This document shows, piece by piece, positions 41,301-51,018 of a stretch of 64,000 nt of DNA. The number at the start of each line of letters is the position of its first letter. Within the stretch, counting starts at the first letter, position 1. The position numbers and the translations under genes were made by a program. The notes below the pieces were generated by a model, which was given only the letters and a program-made list of their open reading frames with translations, had not been told where the DNA came from and did no database searches. Source of the DNA: Candidatus Hydrogenedentota bacterium (lineage in GTDB: Bacteria > Hydrogenedentota > Hydrogenedentia > Hydrogenedentales > SLHB01); assembly GCA_963668025.2 (NCBI GenBank), contig CAXXTH010000010.1:480001-544000 (forward strand). The letters run 5' to 3'.

Positions 41301-42719
41301 TTAACAGCAGGATTGCGGTATGCAAACCTCCATGCCGAGATAGTATTCTAGCGCTTCACGAATTGGTTCGAGCACATAGCCCGGGGCCATGCTGACGTGA
41401 TGGCGGTAGCCGTTGCGGCAGACATACAGCAGCACATCCTGGAGGCGGTCGATCTTCGCTACGCCTGCGCATCCGAAGAATTCCGCTGGAATCGAGTCGT
41501 CCGTGATCTCACCTTGGCCGAAGTAGAACCGGGGATGCCCGTCCCAGGTCATCATGCTGCCGAACGTCATGGGCATGGGTTTGATGCGGCCTTGGTTGCA
41601 GCCATATGTGCAGCCCGCCTCGACGGAGTTCGAGATGATGGCGTGCGGGGTAATGGTTCCTTTGCCAGCCATGAGGCTCGGCGGCACGGGGCCGCAATGG
41701 AACAGAATGCACTTGTCATCGTCGTCGCCATAGTTGTTGTTCCAATCCAAGCAAGTCGGCGGCTGGTACGACGCCAAGCTGAGGGCGTGCATCGCTACGG
41801 CGTTGCCCACATCCACCTCACAAGCAGCGGTGATGAGGCGCTCATTGAGTTCGCCCAGCAGCATGCATGGCGACACATGGAAGATCTCCTCCATTTCGTT
41901 CCAGCACCGGAGTGCGATGGCGTCGAGCGCATAATTGTTAATGACGCGGTCGAGCGCAACCCCCAAACGCGCCAGTTTTTCCTTGGCTGGATTCGGCGTA
42001 TCACCCCAAGACGCACATTCATCGAGATGGGCCATTTTGTTTTTGTACTCGCTGCTGTCTTTATCCACATTGATCGCGCTATCAAATATCTGGCTCAAAT
42101 CGAAGGTTTCGACAGTGATGCCATGGCGCTGCAAGGCCACTTCATCCACGCGGACTGTTTTGAAGGCGGTCACCCGTGCGCCCACCGAGCCGATGCGCAT
42201 CTTGCGGACGCCGTTATACACCTTGCAGATGCGGTCGAAGGTATCGATATTCTGCTTGAACCGTTCGCTCGTAGGATGGACCGTGTGGGGCTTGAGTACG
42301 GTGGCTTTAATTCCCGCTTGGTAGAGCACATCCGTGATCGAGCACTTGCCGCAGAAGGAATCGCGGCGGACCGCAGGCCCCATTTTGTCGAATTCATCGG
42401 GATAGGCTTGCACCAAGATGGGCACGTCAATATCCGCAAAAGCCGCCAGTGCGCCATTCTCATCTCCGAAGTTCGGCAGGCTTATAATGACGCCGCCGAA
42501 TTTTCCCTTGTTGGCGTGCAAGAAGTCCGCGTAGATTTTTCCCTCTTTCGGCGTTTCGATAGCGCCCAAGCGGGTGGCTTCTTCATCGAGCACCAGCACG
42601 TCATGTCCCAGTTCTTTGAGAATGCGCGGCACTTCCTCACGGGCGCTCTTCATGAGGCTTCCCGGGAAAACGCCCCTGTTCCCAAAGAAGACCGCAAAGG
42701 TTGTTTTTTTCTGCTCCAT
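41301..42719 (-). CDS. L-fucose/L-arabinose isomerase-family protein
   Basis: FGNRGVFPG, LPNFGDE, RRDSFCGK, ALRCW, ACEVD, LFHCGP, FFGCAGV, GYRHH; RBS AGGAG before ATG 42719. Confidence 0.85.
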   Translation of the reverse strand: MEQKKTTFAVFFGNRGVFPGSLMKSAREEVPRILKELGHDVLVLDEEATRLGAIETPKEGKIYADFLHANKGKFGGVIISLPNFGDENGALAAFADIDVPILVQAYPDEFDKMGPAVRRDSFCGKCSITDVLYQAGIKATVLKPHTVHPTSERFKQNIDTFDRICKVYNGVRKMRIGSVGARVTAFKTVRVDEVALQRHGITVETFDLSQIFDSAINVDKDSSEYKNKMAHLDECASWGDTPNPAKEKLARLGVALDRVINNYALDAIALRCWNEMEEIFHVSPCMLLGELNERLITAACEVDVGNAVAMHALSLASYQPPTCLDWNNNYGDDDDKCILFHCGPVPPSLMAGKGTITPHAIISNSVEAGCTYGCNQGRIKPMPMTFGSMMTWDGHPRFYFGQGEITDDSIPAEFFGCAGVAKIDRLQDVLLYVCRNGYRHHVSMAPGYVLEPIREALEYYLGMEVCIPQSCC

Positions 42720-42797
42720 CTTTCTTATCTCCTCTTTTTGCAATTAGGCTGGATTGCCTTGTACGGCGTATTGTAACCTGCCGGACATGTGGAATAA

Positions 42798-43955
42798 CTA
42801 TTGGTATTGTTTTGACGGCAGCCAGGGTTCTTCTTCCGCATCATCCATGGCTATCTGGGCGACGGCAGTCCATCTTCGAATGCTATCAATAAACTCGCCG
42901 GCATTCGCCGAGAGGGGAGTAAGGCCAGAAGTGACGATGTAATAATCGCGCCCTTGGCATTTTCGGATTATGGAGCGCATTTTCCGATCCATTTCCGCGG
43001 AGGTGGCGCATAGCACATCATTCGGATGCAGGCTAATAGCCAGCCGCTTGCTGGGCGGGATGTTGCGCAGCGATTCATCCAGGTCCGTCCAGGGGCTCAC
43101 CTCGAGCACCGGAAGGGATTGTATTTCCAGAAGATACTGCTGCACCGGAGCCTGGTTTCCACAGGAATGAATATACGAGATCCCGCCATGAAACGCCTCG
43201 ATCTCTAGGTATCGCGGCAAGACAAAATCCGCGAACATGCCCGGGGCGATGAACGGGATATTGATCCAGTCATCGCCGATATTGGCTGGTTGAAGGCGCA
43301 CGCCGAAATGACGGGCGTATGCTTCATGCCATTGGCATCGCTGTTCGGTTAAGAAGCGCAGCAAATCATGTACAAATGTGGGGCGTTCCATGGTATCCGC
43401 CAGAAATGCCGTGTAGCCGCGAAGCTGGATGGCAAGATCAAGGCAGCCGCGCCACCAGAACATATTGAACAGAACCGGCAGCCGCTCATCCACCAGCGCC
43501 CGAATGTCGTCGTACCATTGCAGCACGCGCGGCATCCAGCCGCTGTCGTAAAAATCCACCGGATGGAGCAGGCTTAAATCCGCTTCGCGGGATAAGGGGT
43601 GGTCTTCCTGCAAACAGGGCACGCCTTCCGCGTTGAACTCCACCTCCATGCCGGCGTAGGTATATTCGGGATAGTGGGAGAGCCATGCGGGCATATCCAG
43701 CGTCAACGGCGCTTGATCAAGCGGGAAATGCTCCCATCGCCATAATTTTTGTCGCAGGGTTTGCTCCACATAAAAAGCGGGGTCGGTGAAATATCGATGC
43801 ACGTCATATGAGAAGAGCTTGGCCCATGCGATGGGCTCTTCTATATTGAAGACGGCGCGGCGTTTCCGCTCAAACCGTTTCTCATTGGCCTCACTGGAAG
43901 CGGCCTCTTCTAATCGGTAAATGAGTTCATCAATTCTCGCCGCTGCATCCGGCAT
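42798..43955 (-). CDS. Uroporphyrinogen decarboxylase (URO-D/MtaA-like) family protein
   Basis: RGCLDLAIQLRG, IGDD, FADFVLPRY, IHSCG. Confidence 0.75.
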   Translation of the reverse strand: MPDAAARIDELIYRLEEAASSEANEKRFERKRRAVFNIEEPIAWAKLFSYDVHRYFTDPAFYVEQTLRQKLWRWEHFPLDQAPLTLDMPAWLSHYPEYTYAGMEVEFNAEGVPCLQEDHPLSREADLSLLHPVDFYDSGWMPRVLQWYDDIRALVDERLPVLFNMFWWRGCLDLAIQLRGYTAFLADTMERPTFVHDLLRFLTEQRCQWHEAYARHFGVRLQPANIGDDWINIPFIAPGMFADFVLPRYLEIEAFHGGISYIHSCGNQAPVQQYLLEIQSLPVLEVSPWTDLDESLRNIPPSKRLAISLHPNDVLCATSAEMDRKMRSIIRKCQGRDYYIVTSGLTPLSANAGEFIDSIRRWTAVAQIAMDDAEEEPWLPSKQYQ

Positions 43956-43994
43956 GGCTTGCGCTCCCCGGGTTTAGATGAATGCGACACATCC

Positions 43995-44489
43995 TCAGAC
44001 TGGAAGAGAAAATTCGAAGGGGCCGATTTTCCTCACATCAATATCATCACTTGGCGTCCGCTCCTCGAGTGCGAGCAGAAAACCGGCCGTTGGGCCTACC
44101 GGAAATGACGGGGTGTGCCATATTCCCCTTCCCACCACAAGGGCCTTGGCGCCATCCACAAGAAACAAACGCAGCGTATCCAGATCGGGCGACGCATGAG
44201 GATCATTCCAATCGCCGCCTGCCGCGATCGGCATGATGGAAACGCCTCCCATGGGAATGAATACCTCGTGGGAACGGCAATGGCGCTCAAGCTCTTCCAC
44301 GATGGGTTGACGCTGATGCATCTCCAGAAATCCCCATACGGGATTGTCGTGAAATCCTATCTCCGCCAACGTATGCCAATATCCCAGCCAGCCTTTATCG
44401 ATATCGGCCGTTCGAGAGGGACGCCCCAATACACGGCCATAGGGCCTAAATGCCTCTTCACTCAACGGTTCGATCTGTAGCGTGCGCAT
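43995..44489 (-). CDS. Ureidoglycolate lyase (AllA)-like cupin
   Basis: IEPLSEEAFRPYG, LERHCRSHEVFIP, GIWHTP; RBS GGAGG. Confidence 0.8.
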   Translation of the reverse strand: MRTLQIEPLSEEAFRPYGRVLGRPSRTADIDKGWLGYWHTLAEIGFHDNPVWGFLEMHQRQPIVEELERHCRSHEVFIPMGGVSIMPIAAGGDWNDPHASPDLDTLRLFLVDGAKALVVGRGIWHTPSFPVGPTAGFLLALEERTPSDDIDVRKIGPFEFSLPV

Positions 44490-44850
44490 GAATCAACACC
44501 TCCGCCGGCCATGCCGGTGTAAACAAGAAAGGCAGGGCGCATGAGTAGAAAACGTTTGCTATGCCGCGGCCATCCCTCTCACCTGCTATTTCCACCAGTA
44601 GATCACTACCCGATACCTTCGCTCTATGCTACGCCGTTCCCGGCTGCCTATTCCATAAACACACCGCCAGACCCCAGAATCGAGCGAGAGCAAGAAAGCG
44701 CTTTCCTTGCCGCGTAGTATACACCCCTCCGCAAAGACTGTCAATGCCCCGCGAAACGGGTGTTTCGGATAGCATTATTGGATGGTTTTCAAATGCGTGG
44801 CCTAGCCGCAGCCAAAGAGCCGGATTTTGAGACCACTAAATAAAATTTAT

Positions 44851-44873
44851 GTAGGGTGGGGCTTGCCCCACCG
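44851..44873 (+). repeat. GTAG-family REP (second type)
   Basis: GTAGGGTGGGGCTTGCCCCACCG; a related inverted copy lies at 55921-55943. Confidence 0.7.
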
Positions 44874-44992
44874 CTCAAGGGATACACCTATATAGTGGCT
44901 GGCATATCTATTTGATATGAAATTGTTTCTCACGAATATCCTCGCAAGAAAACAATACTTTCATTGATAGTAGTACAAGAATAAACTCTCTG

Positions 44993-45025
44993 TTTTTGTG
45001 TCTCTTGAGTCTTCTGAGGCCAGTT
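44993..45025 (-). repeat. Three-box periodic repeat arm
   Basis: Reverse complement AACTGGCCTCAGAAGACTCAAGAGACACAAAAA resembles the left arm at 30821. Confidence 0.6.
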
Positions 45026-45230
45026 CTCCGCATTTTTATGGCATGCGTTTTCAAGCGATAAAGAGTGAAAATATGGGCATTTTATGCAATTGCCCTAATC
45101 GGGGGCCTATGGTGCTGAAGTTTTCCTTATGTTATTATTGAAACCGTACTACTATCTGGCAAAAAACAATCGTTCGCGAGGGTATATTCTGGATTTTTCA
45201 TCACGGAGACACGGTACGTTGTACGTATGA

Positions 45231-46139
45231 TTGAGGGAAAACGATATGCACGATCAGAAAATATGCGCCGAACTAGATCGGGTCGTGGACAGCGCCAGTC
45301 ATGGTGATCCCAACGCATTCTCTCAGGCATCAAACGCGTTGGGCGAGTTATTGTATCAACAGGAAGGCCCGCTCGATTCAACCAGTTTTGATGCCATATT
45401 GCGCGTATTCCGACTTCCTTCGGTAAGGTCCATGGAGGATTTCAATTTTCTATGGTCCAGCATTGCATATTTGTCTCAATGCAATCCTGAAAGAAAAGAA
45501 GAAATAGAATTATTTGTACGTGATGAGCTGGAGCGCTCCTTCGCGGAAATCAGGTCCACTCTTGAACAAGGCTCGTCGTTTTCAGCCGGGACTATTGAGC
45601 CGTTTGACACCATTTTATCGGTGGCATTGAGCATGGGAAAGGAAAACGCGGAGCTCCGGGCGGAATATGAAACATGCATCGTCGAAAACCTGCGGGCCAT
45701 ACTTGAACCTGGCTTGATGAACCAGTCCACGGAATCATCGAAAGTGCTTGATGAATTGCTCTTCCACGGAAATGGCCTTAGCCAGGAAGCACAACAGAAT
45801 ATCGGCGAAATGTTGGGTGAGCTTTTCATGCATTCCTACAGCGTCATTGCCGAGGGGGCCGCTTATTTCATCGCGGAGGTGATGCAACCGGAAGAGACTC
45901 TTCGCCTGTTTTCCCAACTCGCGCGGCAATGCGTCTTCAATAAAGAACGCCTATCTATCCTTTCCTTTTCCTTGGGAGATACATTGGGTCGATATCAGCC
46001 AGGTTTGGGAAACGCCATTCACCAGGCCTGCGCGCCGAAACGGGAAGAGCCGGTGTACGTATTCGTGTTGCATACTCAAATGATGCTGGCGCTATTGGAA
46101 ACGTTTATCCGGCGTGGCATATCTTGTGGCGCTCACTAA
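45231..46139 (+). CDS. Hypothetical all-helical protein, lower GC
   Basis: 302-aa ORF; probable start ATG 45247 after GAGGG; no recognised motif. Confidence 0.65.
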   Translation: MRENDMHDQKICAELDRVVDSASHGDPNAFSQASNALGELLYQQEGPLDSTSFDAILRVFRLPSVRSMEDFNFLWSSIAYLSQCNPERKEEIELFVRDELERSFAEIRSTLEQGSSFSAGTIEPFDTILSVALSMGKENAELRAEYETCIVENLRAILEPGLMNQSTESSKVLDELLFHGNGLSQEAQQNIGEMLGELFMHSYSVIAEGAAYFIAEVMQPEETLRLFSQLARQCVFNKERLSILSFSLGDTLGRYQPGLGNAIHQACAPKREEPVYVFVLHTQMMLALLETFIRRGISCGAH

Positions 46140-46384
46140 AACTGCGAGCGGCCTAGGCCTTATCAAGAGGCCTTTTTCATCTAACATGCACTCGTTTTAA
46201 TATATTTAACATCTTTATGGAACGAAATGAAAAAATAAACATACTATATGGCGGTATGTCTGGCGCGAGATGGTGTCTAGTTGTGTTTACATGCCTCAAT
46301 TAATTCTTGACAAATTTTCCGAGTTTCATTACTATGGCTATGGCATAGAGATCCAGATGGGGATGCTCTCGTAAAGGACCGGCC

Positions 46385-49045
46385 ATGGAGAACACAGAAC
46401 TTCGAGGCCTGATCGATGCGCTCGATGATCTGCCCACCCTGCCATCGGTAGTGGTGCAGTTGCTCGAGTTGACACAGGACGATTTTGCCGATGCGGCGAG
46501 CATTGCCCGGGTCATCGAATCGGACCAAACACTTACCGCCCGCATTTTGCGCCTTGTAAACTCCTCGTTCTACACCTTTGATAGCGAGGTGACTACGGTG
46601 TCCCGGGCGGTGGCGGCCATCGGGCTTAATTCCATTCGTTGCATCGCCTTAGGCATGGGCGTCGCGCGCATGTTTCCCAAACACAGCGGGACTGGCGCGT
46701 TTCGGATGGAGGATTTTTGGAAGCATTCACTGGCCTGCGCCGTAGCCTCGAAACTGCTCGCGGAGGGAAGCTCGCGCTCCATCGATCCGGATGAAGCGTT
46801 TGTGGCGGGCCTTCTGCATGATATTGGCAAGCTCGTGCTGCTTTCTTGCCGCAGCGAGTTGTATGATGCCGCCGTGGCGAGGGCCAAGGAAAACGGTTTA
46901 TCGCTGCTGGAGTCGGAACGCCGCTCGCTGGGCGCAAGCCATACGGAAGCGGGAAAATGGTTTAGCGAACGCTGGGGCCTTCCCGATGTGCTCACGCAGG
47001 CCATTTGGCTTCATCACCAGCCCACGGGGTCCGTGGGGAAGGAATTTCGCGCGCCGCTAATCTATACCGTCCAGGTGGCGGATGCCTTGGCCCATTTGCT
47101 TCGGATCGGCGCGAGCGGCAACGACAAGGTGGTGGGCATTGATGATGCGCAAATCGCCGAGATTGGCGTCGCCCATCAGTATATTGATGAGTTGAAGCGG
47201 ACGCTTTGGGATCGCGTCGAAGAATACTCATGCGCGGTGGACCTTGACCTGAAGAAAGCGGATTTATATATCGAATCGCTGGAACGGGCCAATCAAAAAT
47301 TATCCAAGCTGTCCCTCAAGTTCGAGGAACAAAACCGCCAGCTCACACGGCGCGAGCGGCGTTTTCGCGCGCTGCATGAAATAAACACCAAGCTCATACT
47401 TGGGCAGAGCATGCCGGAGGTGATGAGCCTGTTGTCGCAAGGGCTTCGGGATGGTTATGACATCACCAATGGCTTGTGCTATGTCGCGAACACCCAAAGC
47501 TATATGCTGCATGGCGTGATGTGGAAAGCGGGCGCACGCAGCCAGGAATTCTCGCTTGCGGTGCAGAGTGATGGCCGCATTGACACCTCGAAAGCCGCCG
47601 TACTAGACCCGGGCATGCAAATGTTGCTGGCGGAAACGGCCCTCCAGTTTGACGGTTTCGGCTGGCTGGGGCGGACGATGACGGAGATCATGCGGCGTAA
47701 AGAGCTTCTGATCGTGCCCATGGTCAGCGAAGGGCGCAGCCTGGGACAATTGGTGCTGGATTTTCGCGGCGAAAAGTGTCCGCCGAATTTTGATCCCGGC
47801 ATGGGCGAGATCATGGCGTTCGCGTCGGCGGCCGGACTTGCGGTGTCGCGGGTGCAAGTGCATGAAACCTTGCGCCGGCGGTCAGAAGAGCTGGCCGGCG
47901 CTATCCGGAAAAAGGAAACGGCTTACAAGGAATTGCTGCATTCCGAGCGTCTAGCGGCTGTAGGCAAAATGGCGGCGGGCGCGGCCCATGAGGTGAATAA
48001 TCCGCTCGCGATCATTTCGGGCCGGGCGCAAATGATGCTCCAGCGGGAACGGAGCGACGATGAGTCCAAGCAGCTTCAATTGATTGTCGATCAATGCAGC
48101 CGTGCGTCGAAAATCCTCAACGATTTGATGCGGTTTGCCCGCCCCGCCCTGCCAAAGAAGGAAGTGGTGGGCGTCAATAGCGTCGTGTATGAAGTGCTGG
48201 ATATGTTCGATCACCGGTATGAAAAACAGGGTATCTCCCTGCAACGGGAATTCGCGACGGACCTGCCGAAAGTAATGATTGACAAGCATCAGATCCAGCA
48301 AGTGCTGGTGAACCTCCTGATTAATGCCGAGCATGCCATCACGGCCCCTGGAACGGTTACGGTGCGCACCAGCCTGCATAGTTCAGGAAGCAAAGTGTGC
48401 ATTGCGGTAGGCGATACGGGTTGCGGCATTCCTCGAGAGCACCTGCACAGCATATTCGAGCCGTTTTTTACGACAAAAGAAGAAGGCCAAGGAACCGGGC
48501 TGGGCTTGTCGCTCGCGCATGGGATTGTCACCAGCCATCAAGGCGTGATCACGGTCCAAAGCGAAGTCGGCAAAGGCACGACGTTCACGATTTCACTGCC
48601 GCCCGCCGTGGATGTGGCGAACGTGAAATCGGATGAAACGCCCCCCGAGACTAAGCCTGCCGTGCAGGCCGCACCCATGCGGAAACGTATCCTGGTCGTG
48701 GATGATGAACAGGAAGTGCGTTCGCTGATTGCGGAGGCTATGTCGCATTCGGGCTATGAGGTGACACAAGCCGAGAACGGCTTGGTGGCCCTCCAGCTCG
48801 CGCGGCGGATGGTCTTTGACCTAATGACCGTGGATATCCGCATGCCGCGCATTGACGGCATGGCTATGCTCCGGGCATTGCGTGAACGCGGCGGCAAAAC
48901 CCCTGTCGTTGTGATAACCGGCATGGCTTCTGACGAGGAAATCGATGAAGCCCGTGCGCTGGGAGTGGCGGTGGTGATCCGTAAGCCGTTTGAAGTAAGC
49001 GAGCTGCTGAGCGAAGTGTCTAAGGCCCTCACCGCGAAGCGATAA
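46385..49045 (+). CDS. HDOD-domain hybrid sensor histidine kinase/response regulator
   Basis: LPTLP...FWKHSLACA...AGLLHDIG (HDOD); H-box AAHEVNNPL, N-box NLLINA, G1 DTGCGI, F-box FEPFFTTK, G2 GTGLGL; receiver VVDDE, VDIRMP, ITG, KPF. Confidence 0.93.
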   Translation: MENTELRGLIDALDDLPTLPSVVVQLLELTQDDFADAASIARVIESDQTLTARILRLVNSSFYTFDSEVTTVSRAVAAIGLNSIRCIALGMGVARMFPKHSGTGAFRMEDFWKHSLACAVASKLLAEGSSRSIDPDEAFVAGLLHDIGKLVLLSCRSELYDAAVARAKENGLSLLESERRSLGASHTEAGKWFSERWGLPDVLTQAIWLHHQPTGSVGKEFRAPLIYTVQVADALAHLLRIGASGNDKVVGIDDAQIAEIGVAHQYIDELKRTLWDRVEEYSCAVDLDLKKADLYIESLERANQKLSKLSLKFEEQNRQLTRRERRFRALHEINTKLILGQSMPEVMSLLSQGLRDGYDITNGLCYVANTQSYMLHGVMWKAGARSQEFSLAVQSDGRIDTSKAAVLDPGMQMLLAETALQFDGFGWLGRTMTEIMRRKELLIVPMVSEGRSLGQLVLDFRGEKCPPNFDPGMGEIMAFASAAGLAVSRVQVHETLRRRSEELAGAIRKKETAYKELLHSERLAAVGKMAAGAAHEVNNPLAIISGRAQMMLQRERSDDESKQLQLIVDQCSRASKILNDLMRFARPALPKKEVVGVNSVVYEVLDMFDHRYEKQGISLQREFATDLPKVMIDKHQIQQVLVNLLINAEHAITAPGTVTVRTSLHSSGSKVCIAVGDTGCGIPREHLHSIFEPFFTTKEEGQGTGLGLSLAHGIVTSHQGVITVQSEVGKGTTFTISLPPAVDVANVKSDETPPETKPAVQAAPMRKRILVVDDEQEVRSLIAEAMSHSGYEVTQAENGLVALQLARRMVFDLMTVDIRMPRIDGMAMLRALRERGGKTPVVVITGMASDEEIDEARALGVAVVIRKPFEVSELLSEVSKALTAKR

Positions 49046-49091
49046 AGCGCGCATAAGCGTACAGCAGCATAACTGCAACCAAAGATCCGGA

Positions 49092-49203
49092 TTTTGCACC
49101 ACGAAGAAACGAAGAACACGAAGATTTTCCATAGATGGCGCAGATGACACAGATGTAAATATAGAATTGATATCTTTTTGCTTCGTGTTCTTCGTGGTGG
49201 AAA
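49092..49203. repeat. Nested three-box periodic inverted arms (CACGAAG type, with an internal CAGATG-type arm)
   Basis: TTTTGCACCACGAAGAAACGAAGAACACGAAG ... CTTCGTGTTCTTCGTGGTGGAAA, enclosing TTTTCCATAGATGGCGCAGATGACACAGAT. Confidence 0.75.
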
Positions 49204-49357
49204 CCTGGTCTCTAACGAGTTTATGTATATTGATTTATACAGAAAATCCATGCAAAGAAACAAGATTTCGCAAATAGTAGTATGGATTCAATGCCTTTAC
49301 GGGCTTATTGCATCGACGTCGGCCCCAAACCGCAGTGTTCATACAAACACGGGATAA

Positions 49358-50449
49358 CTACATCCGCGCGATTTCCTCCTGGTGTTTCCGGTAAAGACCC
49401 CTAAACTGGTGGTACGTAAGGCCAAGGAGTTCGGCAGCGTGCCGCTGATTGAATTGGGCCTTGCGGAGCGCCTGCCGGAGCAACCTCAATTCGAGCTGGC
49501 ATATGGCCTCATTGAAAGGCAGGTTTAAGAGATCGCTGGGAGCGCTGGGCGGTCGTGAGGGCGGTTCAGGTTCCGGCTGTCCGGGAATGGGTGAGACGGG
49601 TTCAATCGCCGTGGACGATGCATACGGCGGCTCGAAGGGATCGAACACCACTTCCTCCGCCGTAATGAGGTTGTCGTCGGAGCGGTATACGGCGCGTTCG
49701 ATGACGTTCTTTAGTTCCCGCACATTGCCAGGCCACTGGTACTTTTCGAGGAGTTGCGCCGCTCCTTCGGTGAAAACCGGCATTTCATCCAGCTTGAGTT
49801 CATATGCCATGCGGTTGGCGAAATGGGACGCCAGCAGCATAATGTCTTCGCTCCGTTCCCGCAACGGCGGCACAAAGAGCACTTCAAAAGATAAGCGGTC
49901 CAGCAGGTCGCTTTTAAAACGCTCCTGGCGGACCAATTCGCGCAGATCGGCGTTTGTGGCTCCAATGATCCGCACATCCACCTGCACGGATTGAGAACCG
50001 CCCACGCGCTCGAACGCGCCATATTCAACGGCCCGCAGAATCTTCTCTTGGGTTTCTATGGGGATATTCCCGATTTCATCCAGGAAAAGGGTGCCCCCGT
50101 TCGAAGCCTCGAAACGCCCCACCCGGCGCCGCGCCGCGCCCGTGAATGCCCCTTCTTCATGGCCGAATAATTCCGATTCGATGAGCGAGGCCGGGAGGGC
50201 GGCGCAATTCAGCGCTACAAACGGCTCCTGCCACCGGCTGGATAGAAAATGGAGCCGCGCCGCCGCAAGCTCTTTGCCGGACCCCCGTTCGCCAATAATC
50301 AATACCGAACGGTCCACGCGCGCCACACGCGATAGGCATTCCTGAAAGGTGAGGAATACCTCGGATTGCCCCAAAGCCTCTCGTATCTCGGTAGGGGGTT
50401 GATTAGGCGTCTTATGGTTGTGAGAGGAGCCGTTCATGGAATTTGCCAT
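49358..50449 (-). CDS. pspF: Phage shock protein operon transcriptional activator PspF (sigma-54 enhancer-binding protein without regulatory domain)
   Basis: [83 protein letters not shown] (PspF-type HTH). Start at 50449 or 50437. Confidence 0.93.
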   Translation of the reverse strand: MANSMNGSSHNHKTPNQPPTEIREALGQSEVFLTFQECLSRVARVDRSVLIIGERGSGKELAAARLHFLSSRWQEPFVALNCAALPASLIESELFGHEEGAFTGAARRRVGRFEASNGGTLFLDEIGNIPIETQEKILRAVEYGAFERVGGSQSVQVDVRIIGATNADLRELVRQERFKSDLLDRLSFEVLFVPPLRERSEDIMLLASHFANRMAYELKLDEMPVFTEGAAQLLEKYQWPGNVRELKNVIERAVYRSDDNLITAEEVVFDPFEPPYASSTAIEPVSPIPGQPEPEPPSRPPSAPSDLLNLPFNEAICQLELRLLRQALRKAQFNQRHAAELLGLTYHQFRGLYRKHQEEIARM

Positions 50450-50504
50450 AGCAAACCTCGCTAATATGTTGCTTCTTACGCCACAGGATAGCATTTTTCG
50501 CCAA
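50449..50504. promoter_or_regulatory. Two putative PspF upstream activating sequences
   Basis: TAGCAAACCTCGCTAA (50449-50464) and TAGCATTTTTCGCCAA (50489-50504), 40 bp apart, resembling my recollection of the E. coli psp UAS (TAGTG...TCGCTAA). Confidence 0.55.
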
Positions 50505-50580
50505 CATTTTGCAAGGGCCTTTTTTAAGCTATTCTGGCGCAACCCATTCATTTCATTGTTGTTGCAAGAAAATCGGCTGC

Positions 50581-50596
50581 TTGGCATGCGATTTGC
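50581..50596 (+). promoter_or_regulatory. Sigma-54 (-24/-12) promoter
   Basis: TTGGCATGCGATTTGC: GG-N10-GC with near-consensus flanks, divergent from pspF; predicted start site near 50608. Confidence 0.88.
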
Positions 50597-50607
50597 CATA
50601 GAGTAGA

Positions 50608-50845
50608 TATTGAAGGGGAATCACAGAGGTGGTTGAACGGCCCGAGCAGGAAGCGCGGGCGATACATCAACACCCCGGTTCCTTAACTGCGCACGGAGCG
50701 GAAGCGATTTGGAGGCGTGGAAACTGTGGACCAATGGGAGGTCCGCAACCCGAACCCTGAACCCGTCCACGCTTCGAGAAAGCCAACGCTCCGTGCGCGT
50801 CATCTCAGTAAACACTGCGCGGGCGAAAAAACAAACCCCGCGCGC
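50608..50845 (+). ncRNA. Candidate structured RNA / long 5' leader under sigma-54 control
   Basis: Nested complementary segments: GCGCACGGAGCG/CGCTCCGTGCGC (12 bp), GAGGCGTGGA/TCCACGCTTC, TGTGGACC/GGTCCGCA, GGTGGTTGA/TCAACACC, GCCCG/CGGGC, GCGCGGG/CCCGCGC; no convincing plus-strand ORF. Confidence 0.45.
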
Positions 50846-50892
50846 AAAAGAATAGAGAATGGAATCTGCGCATAAAAGGAGGGAGTACAAAG

Positions 50893-50976
50893 GTGCGCGG
50901 CGCGGACAGGAAACTTAATGAGCTATACAGGGATTATTATTACAACGTAGCCGGATGCGGAAAGCTTGCCGAGTGA
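50893..50976 (+). CDS. Possible 27-aa small protein
   Basis: AGGAGG RBS at 50877-50882, GTG start, MRGADRKLNELYRDYYYNVAGCGKLAE*. Confidence 0.3.
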   Translation: MRGADRKLNELYRDYYYNVAGCGKLAE

Positions 50977-51018
50977 AAAGGCTGGGCGCGGCGCAAGGCA
51001 TGGCGGCAGGAGGTGGGC

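Noticed and set aside
41397-42776. Long antisense and alternate-frame ORFs (this one, 39613-40593, 51776-52921, 61374-62285, 6139-6486 and many others)
   Set aside because: Shadow ORFs expected in GC-rich DNA overlapping well-supported genes or intron RNA, with no recognisable motifs.
50450-50599. N-terminal extension of PspF given by the ORF track
   Set aside because: It overlaps the UAS boxes and the sigma-54 promoter and has non-protein-like composition; PspF normally starts at the AAA+ domain.
50608-50845. SRP RNA, 6S RNA, tmRNA or RNase P RNA identity for the structured leader
   Set aside because: It lacks the SRP helix-8 motif, the RNase P GAGGAAAGUCC, a tRNA-like end and the single-rod 6S shape; kept as unknown.
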